Part shown: piece by piece, positions 51,815 through 61,506 of the stretch | How the letters are laid out: each line of letters opens with the position of its first letter | Numbering within the stretch: position 1 is the stretch's first letter | NCBI GenBank assembly: GCA_963714975.1 | Contig: CAVQQD010000002.1 | Location: 1-64,000, forward strand | Origin: an uncultured Gammaproteobacteria bacterium | Lineage (GTDB): Bacteria; Pseudomonadota; Gammaproteobacteria; JAURND01 | DNA length: 64,000 bases | Direction: 5' to 3' | Position numbers and translations under genes: made by a program | The notes under the pieces: model-generated | Databases searched by the model: none | What the model was told of the DNA's origin: nothing | The model's input: the letters and a program-made list of their open reading frames with translations, nothing else

Positions 51815-52282
51815 TTAGTTTGTGCTCTCACCAGAAAGCGGCAGAGGGGACTTGGTAATTAAACCTACACTAGGCGCTCCGGCCTGTTGTAGTAACACCA
51901 TGGCTTGCATCACTTTACCGTAATCCACATTTTGATCGCCTTTCACTAACACCGGGCGCGTTTTATTGTGTTGTTTATCCTGAGTTAAAGCAGCAGCGAC
52001 TTGTTCCATTAAGGGTTGCCCGGCAATCTCTTGTTCTGGGGTGCTCGAGATATTTAAATAATAATGTCCCGCAGCGTCGACGCTAACAATGATCGGTTCC
52101 TTTTCTTGTTGAGTAAGGGGTTGTGCGCTGGCTTGTGGTAGATCCACTTGCACGCCTTGCGATAACAGGGGAGCGGTAATCATAAAAATGACTAACAATA
52201 CCAGCATCACATCAATATAGGGAACGACATTAATTTCTGCCATCGGTGAGCGGCGTTTGTAGCGCGAGTTAGTTTTCATCAA
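51815..52282 (-). CDS. tolR: TolR
   Basis: AEINVVPYIDVMLVLLVIFMITAP. Confidence 0.96.
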   Translation of the reverse strand: MMKTNSRYKRRSPMAEINVVPYIDVMLVLLVIFMITAPLLSQGVQVDLPQASAQPLTQQEKEPIIVSVDAAGHYYLNISSTPEQEIAGQPLMEQVAAALTQDKQHNKTRPVLVKGDQNVDYGKVMQAMVLLQQAGAPSVGLITKSPLPLSGESTN

Positions 52283-52982
52283 GCAGTTCCTCAGCTAAGT
52301 GGCGGCTGGGTTGTAAATGTGCTTGGCGATATAAAATCCCTGAAAATTCTTCTTGAAAGGTGTCGTAAGTGTTAATCAGGCGCTCGACATCATTGCTAAA
52401 ACGATTATAGGCAATGACAGCGGGAATAGCGGCAAACAAGCCCATCGCCGTGGCAATCAGCGCTTCAGAAATACCTGGCGCAACCATGGCGATCGTCGAT
52501 TGTTGCGAACCAATTAGACCCTGAAATGAGGTCATAATGCCCCAGACCGTCCCAAACAACCCCACATAGGGGCTAGTGGAACCCACGGTCGCTAAAAAGG
52601 CGAGGTGTCGCTCTAGCTTATCGATTTCTCGTGCCTTGGCTGCGCGCATGGCACGCTCTACCCCTTCCATTAATACCTCAGCGTTAATCCCTGGCCGTTG
52701 GTGAAGACGACTGTATTCGCGAAATCCAGCATGAAAAATATGTTCTAAACCTTGCAGCTCTGCATTTCGTTTGACTAAACCTTCGTAGAGCTTATTCAAA
52801 TCTTTGCCTGACCAAAATTGATCTTCAAAATCGATCACCGCACGACGCATCGCTTTCAGGAATAAGCTACGCTGAAAAATAAAGGTCCAAGAAACGACAG
52901 AGGCTGCAGCAAGAATAAGCATTACACACTTCACTACCGGCCCGGCGTTGGCAATGAAGCTCCATAAGGAAGGGTTAGTCAT
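52269..52982 (-). CDS. tolQ: TolQ
   Basis: LATVGSTSPYVGLFGTVWGIM and VAPGISEALIATAMGLFAAIPA. Confidence 0.96.
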   Translation of the reverse strand: MTNPSLWSFIANAGPVVKCVMLILAAASVVSWTFIFQRSLFLKAMRRAVIDFEDQFWSGKDLNKLYEGLVKRNAELQGLEHIFHAGFREYSRLHQRPGINAEVLMEGVERAMRAAKAREIDKLERHLAFLATVGSTSPYVGLFGTVWGIMTSFQGLIGSQQSTIAMVAPGISEALIATAMGLFAAIPAVIAYNRFSNDVERLINTYDTFQEEFSGILYRQAHLQPSRHLAEELLDEN

Positions 52983-53254
52983 TGCTTGCCCCACATGCAA
53001 AGGTTCAGTTTCGGAACAACGCTATTAATCTTTTTTGCAAGCAAGGCTCCGGTTAGGGCTGCGATAGATGCAAGAAATAGTATGATCCCGCTGCTGAATA
53101 ATTTTTCGTCTAGGCTATTAAAATGCAAAGGAAACACTTCTTCCGGGAATTGACACCCGGCAATACGCCCCCCTAACCCTAGTCCCACGGCAGTAAATAG
53201 GCTTAGAAAAGCCATAGTGTTTAAAGCACAGGGCAAGCCTTGGATTATTGACAT
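52979..53254 (-). CDS. Small two-TM protein, paralog 4
   Basis: HFNSLDEKLFSSG loop motif between two TMs; overlaps the tolQ start. Confidence 0.7.
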   Translation of the reverse strand: MSIIQGLPCALNTMAFLSLFTAVGLGLGGRIAGCQFPEEVFPLHFNSLDEKLFSSGIILFLASIAALTGALLAKKINSVVPKLNLCMWGKQ

Positions 53255-53266
53255 AATCGTTAATCC

Positions 53267-53557
53267 TTAGTCGAAAGAGGAGAAGGAATAGGAATGGTCA
53301 ATCGGCAGCTCTTCAGTTTTTGCATTGGGTTCAAAGGTGAGAATAAAAGCTGCAAGAGCTGCTGTCGTGACTAAGAACAAGAAAAGAGTACTGTGAAGTA
53401 ATTTTTCAGAGGTGGTATCAAAGTGAAAAGTTTTTGGCCAGTCGTTGGCAGACATAACACCCCCTATAAAACAACCCCAGGTGGCAAGCCCGCCTAAAAC
53501 AGCAATAGAAATAGAAAAAGAAGACACCGCATGCTTTAGTTTTTGATTATTTGACAT
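53267..53557 (-). CDS. Small two-TM protein, paralog 3
   Basis: WPKTFHFDTTSEKLLHS motif. Confidence 0.72.
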   Translation of the reverse strand: MSNNQKLKHAVSSFSISIAVLGGLATWGCFIGGVMSANDWPKTFHFDTTSEKLLHSTLFLFLVTTAALAAFILTFEPNAKTEELPIDHSYSFSSFD

Positions 53558-53645
53558 ATTTTTACCCCATTTAGTTGATGATCTCATTGCGTAGGTGAAG
53601 TTTACTTTTTAAGCCCAAAATATTCAAGAATTTCCTTATAAGGGC

Positions 53646-53945
53646 TTAATTTTGCTCTATGCTAGGTCCTTGATAGGGGTGTTTCTCTGGTTCAACCTTA
53701 TGCTTTACCGCCCAAGCCACCACTAGAGCTGCTAAAGCTACCGCGAATAGGAGCATACTGATGCTAAATAATTTCTCACTTACAGTGTCACAATCTCGGA
53801 TAGGAGTTATTATTCCTTCAGCAGGAAGTTGATTGGGAACGAATAATGCATAAATAGGCGTTGCAATTACAAGGCCGAAGGCGCCAACCAGGCTGGTCGC
53901 AGCGATACCGACAGAAACATTAAATAAATTTTTCATTTTTGACAT
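53646..53945 (-). CDS. Small two-TM protein, paralog 2
   Basis: CDTVSEKLFSIS motif. Confidence 0.7.
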   Translation of the reverse strand: MSKMKNLFNVSVGIAATSLVGAFGLVIATPIYALFVPNQLPAEGIITPIRDCDTVSEKLFSISMLLFAVALAALVVAWAVKHKVEPEKHPYQGPSIEQN

Positions 53946-54226
53946 AGTGTATTTTCCTGGTTGTTGTTGGCTGATATTGTTTCTGGATTTGATGTTTGGT
54001 TTGATGAATTCGTTTTACGAATATTGTAAAAACCAATTAATAGCAGCACTAGCATTGTTGCAAGCAAAACAATACCACTGTCGATTAATTTTTCGGATGG
54101 GGTTTCAAAATGAAAAAGTTTTGGCCATTCCTTTGCAGAGGCGGCACCTCCTATGAGACAGCTCCATGTAGCCCACCCGCATAACACAGCCATAACCCGA
54201 GCCGCTTTAGCCGTATCTATTGACAT
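53933..54226 (-). CDS. Small two-TM protein, paralog 1
   Basis: AAGGAG RBS; WPKLFHFETPSEKLIDSG motif. Confidence 0.72.
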   Translation of the reverse strand: MSIDTAKAARVMAVLCGWATWSCLIGGAASAKEWPKLFHFETPSEKLIDSGIVLLATMLVLLLIGFYNIRKTNSSNQTSNPETISANNNQENTLCQK

Positions 54227-54303
54227 ACACTAGCTCCTTAGCAGTTGATAGTTTTATAAGTTGCGTGGATTTTACTGGTAAATGACAAAATTTTCAATCT
54301 TGG

Positions 54304-56121
54304 CTATTTCATTTGTCGTGCTATTGCTTGCTCTGCTGCAATTACTTTGCCTTCTTCGAGCTTTTGTCTGGTCCCAAGGCGGTAGCCAATACCTAAACTC
54401 ACCGCTGATGCAACGAAACACGCAATTAGGCTGATAATTATTGTAATGTCCACTCCCTTAAGATGAGATAAATCCGGTATTTTTAAAAATAATGGAGCTA
54501 AATCCTGCTCATGTGCCAATGCGCGTGCGGCAAAAGTAGTTCCCCAGCCGATGGAAGCGGTAAAGCCTAAGCTACTAAGTCCATAAGCCAGCTTTTTTTG
54601 TTTGCGATAAATGGATGTGCTTTCCTGATAAAACGTTAGCCTCTTAGCAGAAGCTAATTGATTCTGCTGGGTAAGATCAAAGAGTTTCTGCTCATAGACC
54701 AAAACCTTTCCTTGAGTCATATAGTCTCTTCCCTCGTCGTATTTACCAAATGCTTGATCTAAAGAATACACGCCTTTTGCCACAGTCTCTGGGGTGGGAG
54801 AGTGATGCCCACCCACGAAGCGTATTTGATAGCTCTTGTCCTGGGGAACCTCAATCATATGCAAATTAAGCGCAAGAATATCCTGTAAATTATGGGCGAC
54901 TGGATCTTTGCCTCTTGCTTCGCAGCCATAAAGCAGTGGGTTTAGCTTGGCTACTCCTACTAGGAAATCTTCGATAAATTGTTTTCTTTGGTTTCCGCTC
55001 AACTGAGAAGCTTTTACTTCTGCAGGGTAACCATCCTCTAGATGATTTGCGGCCGTCCAAAGGTCTTGGTTATAATCTCTGATGAAGTTGTCTTGATTGT
55101 TGATCGCCTCATCCTGAAATTGTTGCCGAAACTTTGAATTAATTTCGTTTATGGTGTGCATTAACTCTGCAGCGGTTTTATCGCTAAAGGGAACACCAAA
55201 GCCTTTGGCGTAAAAACGAATAGCTTCTATACCCACCTTACCATGTAGATAAATATCTAGGCGATCTTTCTGCGCTTTCGAGTCAGCTGGAAGAAAACTA
55301 TAGTCGATGAGCTGCAGCCGAGATTTATACCTCGCAATCAAATTCCGAAATTCTGTTTCAGTAATAAGATCTTCTTTTAAAGCTTGCATAAGTCGTTTAC
55401 TAGATGCAAAAGAATTGCCAGGATTTGTGTGATGATGAAAGTATTCCAGCATCTTCGCTTTGAGTGACCCTGGTTTTTCCTCTGTATCAGCGCGTTGCGC
55501 TAGTTGATAGATAGATAGCAAGTATAATTCATGGTTGCCAACAATAAGCTTTAGCCTTAATTCATCGGGAAAATTTTGTTGCAATTGCTCTTCAAGATGA
55601 TCCATTAACCAAAAAGTATATAAATCACTAGCACCTCGATCGCCAATAGTGTCGCCCAGAAACCGTAGCAAAACTTTGACGCTTGCTTTATTTACCTCCA
55701 AGTTCTTTAATATTTCTTTAAACCTTTGATGGCGTGCTAGTAACTGCTCACGCTCTTCGTGAGTCAATGTACCCTTATTGGGTGATCTTAGCTCTTCCTC
55801 GTACAGTTCCCATAATGCTTGAAAGCAGCTATCTTGTGCCGAGGGGTCTTTAAATCGTAGCATCCCTGCGCGCAGTAAATGCCACACCGCTAGCAGGGTA
55901 TTGCCGTGCAAATCACCCACGGTATATTCCCAAATTTTGTTGCCCGCATTTTCTTTGTTATCTTGGATAATTGGCTGTGAGCCTACCGACGCGGAAGCCC
56001 AGCTAGCGACGGCAGGAGCTTTACTTAAGTCTGCAGCATCGACACTGAAAAAAATGTCTTGAGGGATAGTTTCTTTCGGTGATACTTCACCCTTCAATTC
56101 TTGCTTAATTTCTGACATCAA
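54304..56121 (-). CDS. Metallophosphoesterase resembling Legionella WipA/WipB phosphatase effectors, with two C-terminal TMs
   Basis: GDLHGN, GDTIGDRG, GNHE, LHG and GHH motifs. Confidence 0.78.
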   Translation of the reverse strand: MMSEIKQELKGEVSPKETIPQDIFFSVDAADLSKAPAVASWASASVGSQPIIQDNKENAGNKIWEYTVGDLHGNTLLAVWHLLRAGMLRFKDPSAQDSCFQALWELYEEELRSPNKGTLTHEEREQLLARHQRFKEILKNLEVNKASVKVLLRFLGDTIGDRGASDLYTFWLMDHLEEQLQQNFPDELRLKLIVGNHELYLLSIYQLAQRADTEEKPGSLKAKMLEYFHHHTNPGNSFASSKRLMQALKEDLITETEFRNLIARYKSRLQLIDYSFLPADSKAQKDRLDIYLHGKVGIEAIRFYAKGFGVPFSDKTAAELMHTINEINSKFRQQFQDEAINNQDNFIRDYNQDLWTAANHLEDGYPAEVKASQLSGNQRKQFIEDFLVGVAKLNPLLYGCEARGKDPVAHNLQDILALNLHMIEVPQDKSYQIRFVGGHHSPTPETVAKGVYSLDQAFGKYDEGRDYMTQGKVLVYEQKLFDLTQQNQLASAKRLTFYQESTSIYRKQKKLAYGLSSLGFTASIGWGTTFAARALAHEQDLAPLFLKIPDLSHLKGVDITIIISLIACFVASAVSLGIGYRLGTRQKLEEGKVIAAEQAIARQMK

Positions 56122-56236
56122 TTTACTCTACTGGTTGTTTAGGCACGCGAACCCTGAATTATTGCAAGGTTTTTTGTAAATATTTTGCCATGGTATCCGA
56201 TTTTTAACTAAATTTATATATTCACTTAGGGCTCAT

Positions 56237-57598
56237 ATGAAAAAAATCGTCACTCCCCAGCTGTCATCCCAAGAGGTGTCATCCCAAGAGGTGTTATCCC
56301 GCGAGGTGTCATCCCAAGAGGTGTTATCCCGCGAGGTGTCATCCCGAGCGAAGCGAGGGATCTCGCTGTTCAAAGGAGTCTCATACAGATTTTTTACCGT
56401 ATGCTTTGCCACATTCATGAGATCCCTCGCTTCGCTCGGGATGACACTTCGCGGGATGACAGCTGGAGCTCTATTCTTTTTTACCCTGTTCTCTCACGCT
56501 GTGATCAATGCCGCAACGTCGCCTACACTAAAAGAAAAAATTGGACAAATGTTGTTGGTTGGATTTCCAGGCGATGCCGTACAGGCCAACGATAGCGTTG
56601 TGCAAGCCATTTTAACTCATCAGCTTGGTGGGGTGATTTTATACAATAAGGATTTTCAAACTAAAGGTCCGCGCAATATCACCAATCCGCAACAACTTAA
56701 GCAACTGACGCAAGATTTACAACGATACGCCCGGCAAGCTGCAGGTGAAAATCATCGAGACGATTACCCCTTACTGATTGGTATTGATTATGAGGGCGGC
56801 AAGGTCAATAACCTCCCGCCCGAAAAAGGTTTTCCTGAGACTAGCAGCGCGGCACAAATCGGCACTGCTTCAATAGCAGAGGCCAATAAGGCAGCTCAGA
56901 GCATGGCCAAAACCTTGCAAACCCTCGGGATCAACCTGGATTTTGCACCGGTTGTCGATGTCAACATCAATCCCCAAAATCCGATTATTGCTAAATACGG
57001 GCGCAGTTTTTCTGAAGATCCTAGTAAAGTGGTTACTTATGCGCAAATCTATGCTAAGGCATTTCACGATCATGGCATCTTGTGTACCTATAAACATTTT
57101 CCGGGTCACGGCAGCGCAACGGGTGATACTCATAAAAATTTCGTCGATGTGACGCAAACCTGGACCAAAACGGAATTGATACCCTATCAAAAACTGATGC
57201 ATCAGCCTGATAGTTGCCCGCTGATCATGACTGCCCATATTACCAACCGCAAATTGGATCTAGCTGGTTATCCTGCCAGTCTTTCTCAGGCAATGACTAC
57301 GAATCTGCTGCGCAATCAGCTGCACTTTAGGGGACTAGTGATCACTGATGACTTGCAAATGAAAGCGATCGCGGACCACTACGATTTAGCGAGCATTGTG
57401 CGACTCGCTATTAATGCAGGCGCGGATTTATTAATGTTTTCCAATCAATTGGCTAAAACCCCAGTGATGCCGGATGAAATAATCGATGCTATTTATACTC
57501 AGGTTCAATCTGGAAAAATCGCCAGGGAGCGCATTGATCAAGCCTATGGGCGGATTGTTGCTTTGAAGAGGGCGATGGCCGCTTCTCATAAATCCTAG
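56237..57598 (+). CDS. Glycoside hydrolase family 3 (NagZ-like beta-N-acetylhexosaminidase) with a repeat insertion in the signal region
   Basis: IDYEGG, APVVD, KHFPGHG, IMTAH and ITDDLQM motifs. Confidence 0.9.
   Translation: MKKIVTPQLSSQEVSSQEVLSREVSSQEVLSREVSSRAKRGISLFKGVSYRFFTVCFATFMRSLASLGMTLRGMTAGALFFFTLFSHAVINAATSPTLKEKIGQMLLVGFPGDAVQANDSVVQAILTHQLGGVILYNKDFQTKGPRNITNPQQLKQLTQDLQRYARQAAGENHRDDYPLLIGIDYEGGKVNNLPPEKGFPETSSAAQIGTASIAEANKAAQSMAKTLQTLGINLDFAPVVDVNINPQNPIIAKYGRSFSEDPSKVVTYAQIYAKAFHDHGILCTYKHFPGHGSATGDTHKNFVDVTQTWTKTELIPYQKLMHQPDSCPLIMTAHITNRKLDLAGYPASLSQAMTTNLLRNQLHFRGLVITDDLQMKAIADHYDLASIVRLAINAGADLLMFSNQLAKTPVMPDEIIDAIYTQVQSGKIARERIDQAYGRIVALKRAMAASHKS
56257..56466. repeat. 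210-bp in-frame palindromic element with five 15-bp tandem terminal units
   Basis: Perfect 28-bp arms 56337-56364 / 56419-56446; 15-mers tgt(c/t)atccc(aa/gc)gagg over 56262-56336. Confidence 0.9.
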
Positions 57599-57602
57599 AC
57601 AT

Positions 57603-57710
57603 TATCCCTTCTCCCCCAAGCTATCCGATGCACATAATTCGGTCAGCAATTCCCGCTCTACCGTCATTTGAGCGACGGGTGACGGATAGCTTTTTCAAAG
57701 GGGGGATTTT
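57603..57710. repeat. Composite repeat: C/G-run palindrome enclosing an AGCTATCCG...CGGATAGCT element also found at 41306
   Basis: agctatccgatgcacata(a)ttcggtcagcaatt(c/t)ccgct is shared with 41306-41343. Confidence 0.7.
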
Positions 57711-57785
57711 TTTAAGAACTACGGTATTGCTGTAAAGTAACAATTTTTATAATGTGAGCTACCTTCACTAAATAAAAAGGCTCAC

Positions 57786-58649
57786 ATGAAATTATCACAA
57801 TTCTTTCAGCCGCCGGCGACGCTGATTGGCTTAGAATTTAGTTCACAGTCCATTCAATGGGTGGAATTAAGTTTCATGGCTAACTCGCTGCAGCTGTTGT
57901 CCCATGCGTGCATCCCTATCGAAAAAACCAGCACTACGCATTCATCTGTAGCAATTGCTACCGCGTTAAAACAGGCGCGCCATAGGCTCAAACCAAAGAC
58001 GCGTCATGTGGCACTTTGTATCGATTTTTCCTCAGTCTTATTCAAAACTATCGAGATTGATAAAACTCTCACGATGGGAGAAATTTATCAATATCTTCAA
58101 CAGCAAGCTCGAAAACATTTGGCTACTTCGCCTGATGATTTAATGCTAGATTTCAAAATTCTAGGTCCTTCTCCCAATCAACTGGAATTAATGAAAGTAC
58201 AATGGGTAGCAGCACGCCACCGGGATCTTAGAGCACTTTTAGCGGGGATCACTCAAGCAGGATTGAAACCGGTGATAGCAGATATAAATTCCTATGCGTT
58301 ACAGCGGGCCGCCACCTATACACTCGAAAATCAATTGGCAAATAGGTTAATAGCTGCCATTCATCTGAACGAGCAATCCTTATTGCTGGTGATTTTTGAT
58401 CAAGAAAAACAACTAGCGGTTCGCAATGCAGTATGTACTTCAAATGATAATATTGTGGAGCTGCTGGGTGAGCATATTCATGGCATTTCCCACATTTTGT
58501 TATCGGGCACAGCGGTTACTAATGAATTAATTCATACTATACACCAAGAAACTGGGATCGAAACAGCCCTGACTACGCCTTTCCCAGAAATTCCGCAAGG
58601 CCAGCAATTTGCCATCAGTCTTGGTCTTGCGATGAGGATTCAGTCATGA
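57786..58649 (+). CDS. pilM: Type IV pilus/competence assembly protein PilM-like
   Basis: LIGLEFS..SIQWVELS, AGLKPVIADINSYAL and ISLGLAMR; first gene of the operon. Confidence 0.8.
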   Translation: MKLSQFFQPPATLIGLEFSSQSIQWVELSFMANSLQLLSHACIPIEKTSTTHSSVAIATALKQARHRLKPKTRHVALCIDFSSVLFKTIEIDKTLTMGEIYQYLQQQARKHLATSPDDLMLDFKILGPSPNQLELMKVQWVAARHRDLRALLAGITQAGLKPVIADINSYALQRAATYTLENQLANRLIAAIHLNEQSLLLVIFDQEKQLAVRNAVCTSNDNIVELLGEHIHGISHILLSGTAVTNELIHTIHQETGIETALTTPFPEIPQGQQFAISLGLAMRIQS

Positions 58650-59173
58650 ATGTTAATTTATTACCCTGGCGGGAAAGCCAGAATAAAAAACAACGACGCT
58701 TTTTGCTAAGTTGTCTGTTATTTTCTACTTTCGCAACCATTATCACTTGTGCTTATTTGCACATTCAAAATAGCTTGGTTATTCATCAGCAAGATCGGAC
58801 ACTCTCACAGCTTGAGAGGAAGATCAGCCAGAACAATATTCTTCACCAAAAAAATGTCAGCACGAATTTAAGAACGCTAGAACAACAGAAACTTGCTAGC
58901 TTTGTGGTGGAGCAAATTAGCTTGCATCACCAATTATGTCAATTTTTGTTCAATCTTGCCAATACACTTCCCACAAGTATTTATTTAACTAGCATAGAAC
59001 GAAAAGATCGCCGCTTAAAGTTTTCCGGCAAGGCGGATTCTCATATTAGCCTGGCGATGTTTTTAAAAGCACTCAATGAAAGCTTAAAGACACACCAAGC
59101 TGAGCTATCCGAAACTCATGATTCGCATAATCACAACGATGAAATGGATTTTCAAATGGCCTACACGTTATGA
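58646..59173 (+). CDS. pilN: PilN-like protein
   Basis: MNVNLLPWRE N-terminus, TM and LPTSIYLTSI. Confidence 0.85.
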   Translation: MNVNLLPWRESQNKKQRRFLLSCLLFSTFATIITCAYLHIQNSLVIHQQDRTLSQLERKISQNNILHQKNVSTNLRTLEQQKLASFVVEQISLHHQLCQFLFNLANTLPTSIYLTSIERKDRRLKFSGKADSHISLAMFLKALNESLKTHQAELSETHDSHNHNDEMDFQMAYTL

Positions 59174-59691
59174 ATAAGTTGAACCTGCAATCACCATTAA
59201 CCGTCCGCATCCTTCTCTTGATTGGCATCAACATTATCATCTTCGCTATTTTTGATTGGCTATGGCTGCAACCTACCGAAAAGTTGATCGAGGCAAACCA
59301 ATATAAGATAGCCCAACTAAAAGGAAAAAGGCGACTCAAGTTACCGCCCCAAATTCCATTAGAAACCGATGCCAAGTTATTTCGCTCTTTAAAGCCCTTC
59401 CAGCTTGCGGATATCGTTGCTGAAATTAGCCAAATAAATGAAAAAAACCATCTTGCACTTGAGTCTATCCAACCTCTTGCTAGTCAAACACGGACCGACA
59501 TTACTATCCAACCGGTGAAAATAAGTACTATTGGGCCATACCAGGCTATTTTTCAATTTATCTCGCAGTTACCGCAGTCATCATATCCTATGGTCCTGGG
59601 AGATTTTATCCTGCACACAATAAACTTTGATAATCCCGCTGATGATTTTCTAAAACTCACAACAACTCTTTACGTATATGCTAAAACATGA
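59170..59691 (+). CDS. pilO: PilO-like protein
   Basis: N-terminal TM, GPYQAIFQFISQL; operon position. Confidence 0.7.
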   Translation: MNKLNLQSPLTVRILLLIGINIIIFAIFDWLWLQPTEKLIEANQYKIAQLKGKRRLKLPPQIPLETDAKLFRSLKPFQLADIVAEISQINEKNHLALESIQPLASQTRTDITIQPVKISTIGPYQAIFQFISQLPQSSYPMVLGDFILHTINFDNPADDFLKLTTTLYVYAKT

Positions 59692-60665
59692 AAAAACTAC
59701 TCGCCATTATTCTTTTATTTCTATACACCAACATCGTAGCAAATACGATTCGAGATCCTTTTATTCCACAACCAGACTCGCAAAATACCGTGACTACTCA
59801 GTCTGTCGTTTTACATTATGCCAAGGCCAGTGATTTAATCGCTTTATTACAAAATAAAAATCATCATTTGCTATCAAGCCAAGGCAGTGCCACTGCGGAT
59901 CCCCATGCCAATGTTTTATGGCTCACGGACCGTGCGGCGCGTCTGTCCCAGGTGACGGAGTTTTTGCGTAGCATCGACCAACCGGTAAAACAAGTAACTA
60001 TTGCGGCCCGTGTGGTCAATATCGACGAGGACTCGCTGGAAGAGCTGGGAATTAGTTTTCATACTCATACCGTGCCTAGCGGCGGTGACAAACTGCACAT
60101 GGACCTACCGCTCGCCATTGCCAACACTGGGCATTTTACTTTGGCACTTGCTCAGCTAGGAGATGGAATGCTGTTAGACCTGGAGTTAGCCGCACTGGAA
60201 CGTGAGGGTCGCGCTCATATTATCTCCAGCCCCAAATTAACCACGCTTGATCGGCAAGTGGCGGTCATTGAATCTGGGGAAGAAATTCCTTATCAAGAAC
60301 AAACTGCAAATGGCGGAACCAATGTTTCTTTTAAGAAAGCTGTGCTTAGCTTAAAGGTCAAACCTGAGATTACTGCTGAGGATAAAATATTATTAAATTT
60401 AGCCGTGAATCAAGACAAAGTCAGCACCTTATCCGTCAATGGCGCCCCCGCCATTAGCACTCAACAATTACAAACCCAAGTCTTGGTAGCGGATGGGCAA
60501 ACCATTGTGCTCGGAGGTATTTATGAAGAGTCCAATAATCATGTAGTGGAAAAAATCCCCTTATGGAGTTCGATTCCTGGGTTAGGAGGATTATTTCGTA
60601 ACAAATATGTTCGCACGGAACGCAAGCAATTATTAATTTTTGTGACGCCGCATATTGTGCGATAG
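59688..60665 (+). CDS. pilQ: Short PilQ/HofQ-type secretin
   Basis: IDQPVKQVTIAARVV, ISSPKL, GQTIVLGGIYE and LLIFVTP secretin motifs; only 325 aa. Confidence 0.85.
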   Translation: MKKLLAIILLFLYTNIVANTIRDPFIPQPDSQNTVTTQSVVLHYAKASDLIALLQNKNHHLLSSQGSATADPHANVLWLTDRAARLSQVTEFLRSIDQPVKQVTIAARVVNIDEDSLEELGISFHTHTVPSGGDKLHMDLPLAIANTGHFTLALAQLGDGMLLDLELAALEREGRAHIISSPKLTTLDRQVAVIESGEEIPYQEQTANGGTNVSFKKAVLSLKVKPEITAEDKILLNLAVNQDKVSTLSVNGAPAISTQQLQTQVLVADGQTIVLGGIYEESNNHVVEKIPLWSSIPGLGGLFRNKYVRTERKQLLIFVTPHIVR

Positions 60666-60674
60666 ATGTAGTTC

Positions 60675-60746
60675 CCGCGAACAAGTCGCGGGACGACAGG
60701 ACAGGGCGTCGCGGGACGACAGGGCAGGGCGTTGCGGACGACAGGG
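60675..60746. repeat. Palindrome end followed by three tandem gtcgcgggacgacagg-like units
   Basis: Units at about 60685, 60708 and 60731 (23-bp period). Confidence 0.7.
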
Positions 60747-60807
60747 CTAGCGATAGACAAAGCTAAATACCAATGCTAGGATGCGGGCAAATATGCAAGG
60801 AGACATT

Positions 60808-61506
60808 ATGTCAAATAACAAAATTTCTATTCCCGGCCCAGAAAGTCAAAATTTCACCGGTTATTTTGCTCCAGCCAAATCAGGGATAGGCCCCGGGATC
60901 GTGATGATCCAAGAAATTTTTGGCGTCAATCAAAGTATGCGCAACATCGCTGATCGCTTTGCAGACGAAGGCTATACCGTGTTAGTCCCTGATTTATTCT
61001 GGCGGCTTAAGCCTAATGTCGACTTAGGGTATGAAGGCGCTGATTTACAACAAGCATTTGAGTATTACCATACCTTCGATGTAGCTCAAGGGGTGCAAGA
61101 TCTGATTACTGCAGCCAATTTATTGCGGAGCCACAGTGCGTGCAAAACGAAAATCGCTACGTTAGGTTTTTGCTTAGGAGGTAAGCTTGCTTACTTGACT
61201 GCTGCACAGCATAGCATTGATGCTGCTGTTTGTTTCTATGGCGGGGGCATTGCTGATCACCTCGACGAGGCTCGAAATATTCATTGCCCCATTTTAATGC
61301 ATTTTGGCGAAGCCGATGAAATGATTCCCTCCAATCAAGTTGAAGATATCAAAGCTGCCTTCCAAGGGCGCGACGATGTCGAGATTTATGTTTACCCCGG
61401 AGTAGGTCATGCATTTTTTAATCATTGCCGGAAATCCTATGATCCTAAGGCAGCTAGCTTGGCGGAAAAACGCAGTTTGGACTTTTTAAAGCGTTCATTA
61501 AAATGA
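60808..61506 (+). CDS. Dienelactone hydrolase family protein
   Basis: QEIFGVN, GFCLGG and HAF motifs; AGGAG RBS before ATG 60808. Confidence 0.92.
   Translation: MSNNKISIPGPESQNFTGYFAPAKSGIGPGIVMIQEIFGVNQSMRNIADRFADEGYTVLVPDLFWRLKPNVDLGYEGADLQQAFEYYHTFDVAQGVQDLITAANLLRSHSACKTKIATLGFCLGGKLAYLTAAQHSIDAAVCFYGGGIADHLDEARNIHCPILMHFGEADEMIPSNQVEDIKAAFQGRDDVEIYVYPGVGHAFFNHCRKSYDPKAASLAEKRSLDFLKRSLK

Noticed and set aside
51785-51860. Duplicated TKSPLPL at the tolR/tolA junction as a TolA extension
   Set aside because: Better explained as a short duplication or repeat relic; ATG 51777 gives a normal TolA N-terminus.
56262-56336. CRISPR array
   Set aside because: The 15-bp units are directly tandem with no unique spacers, and there are no cas genes. 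The same applies to 60675-60746.
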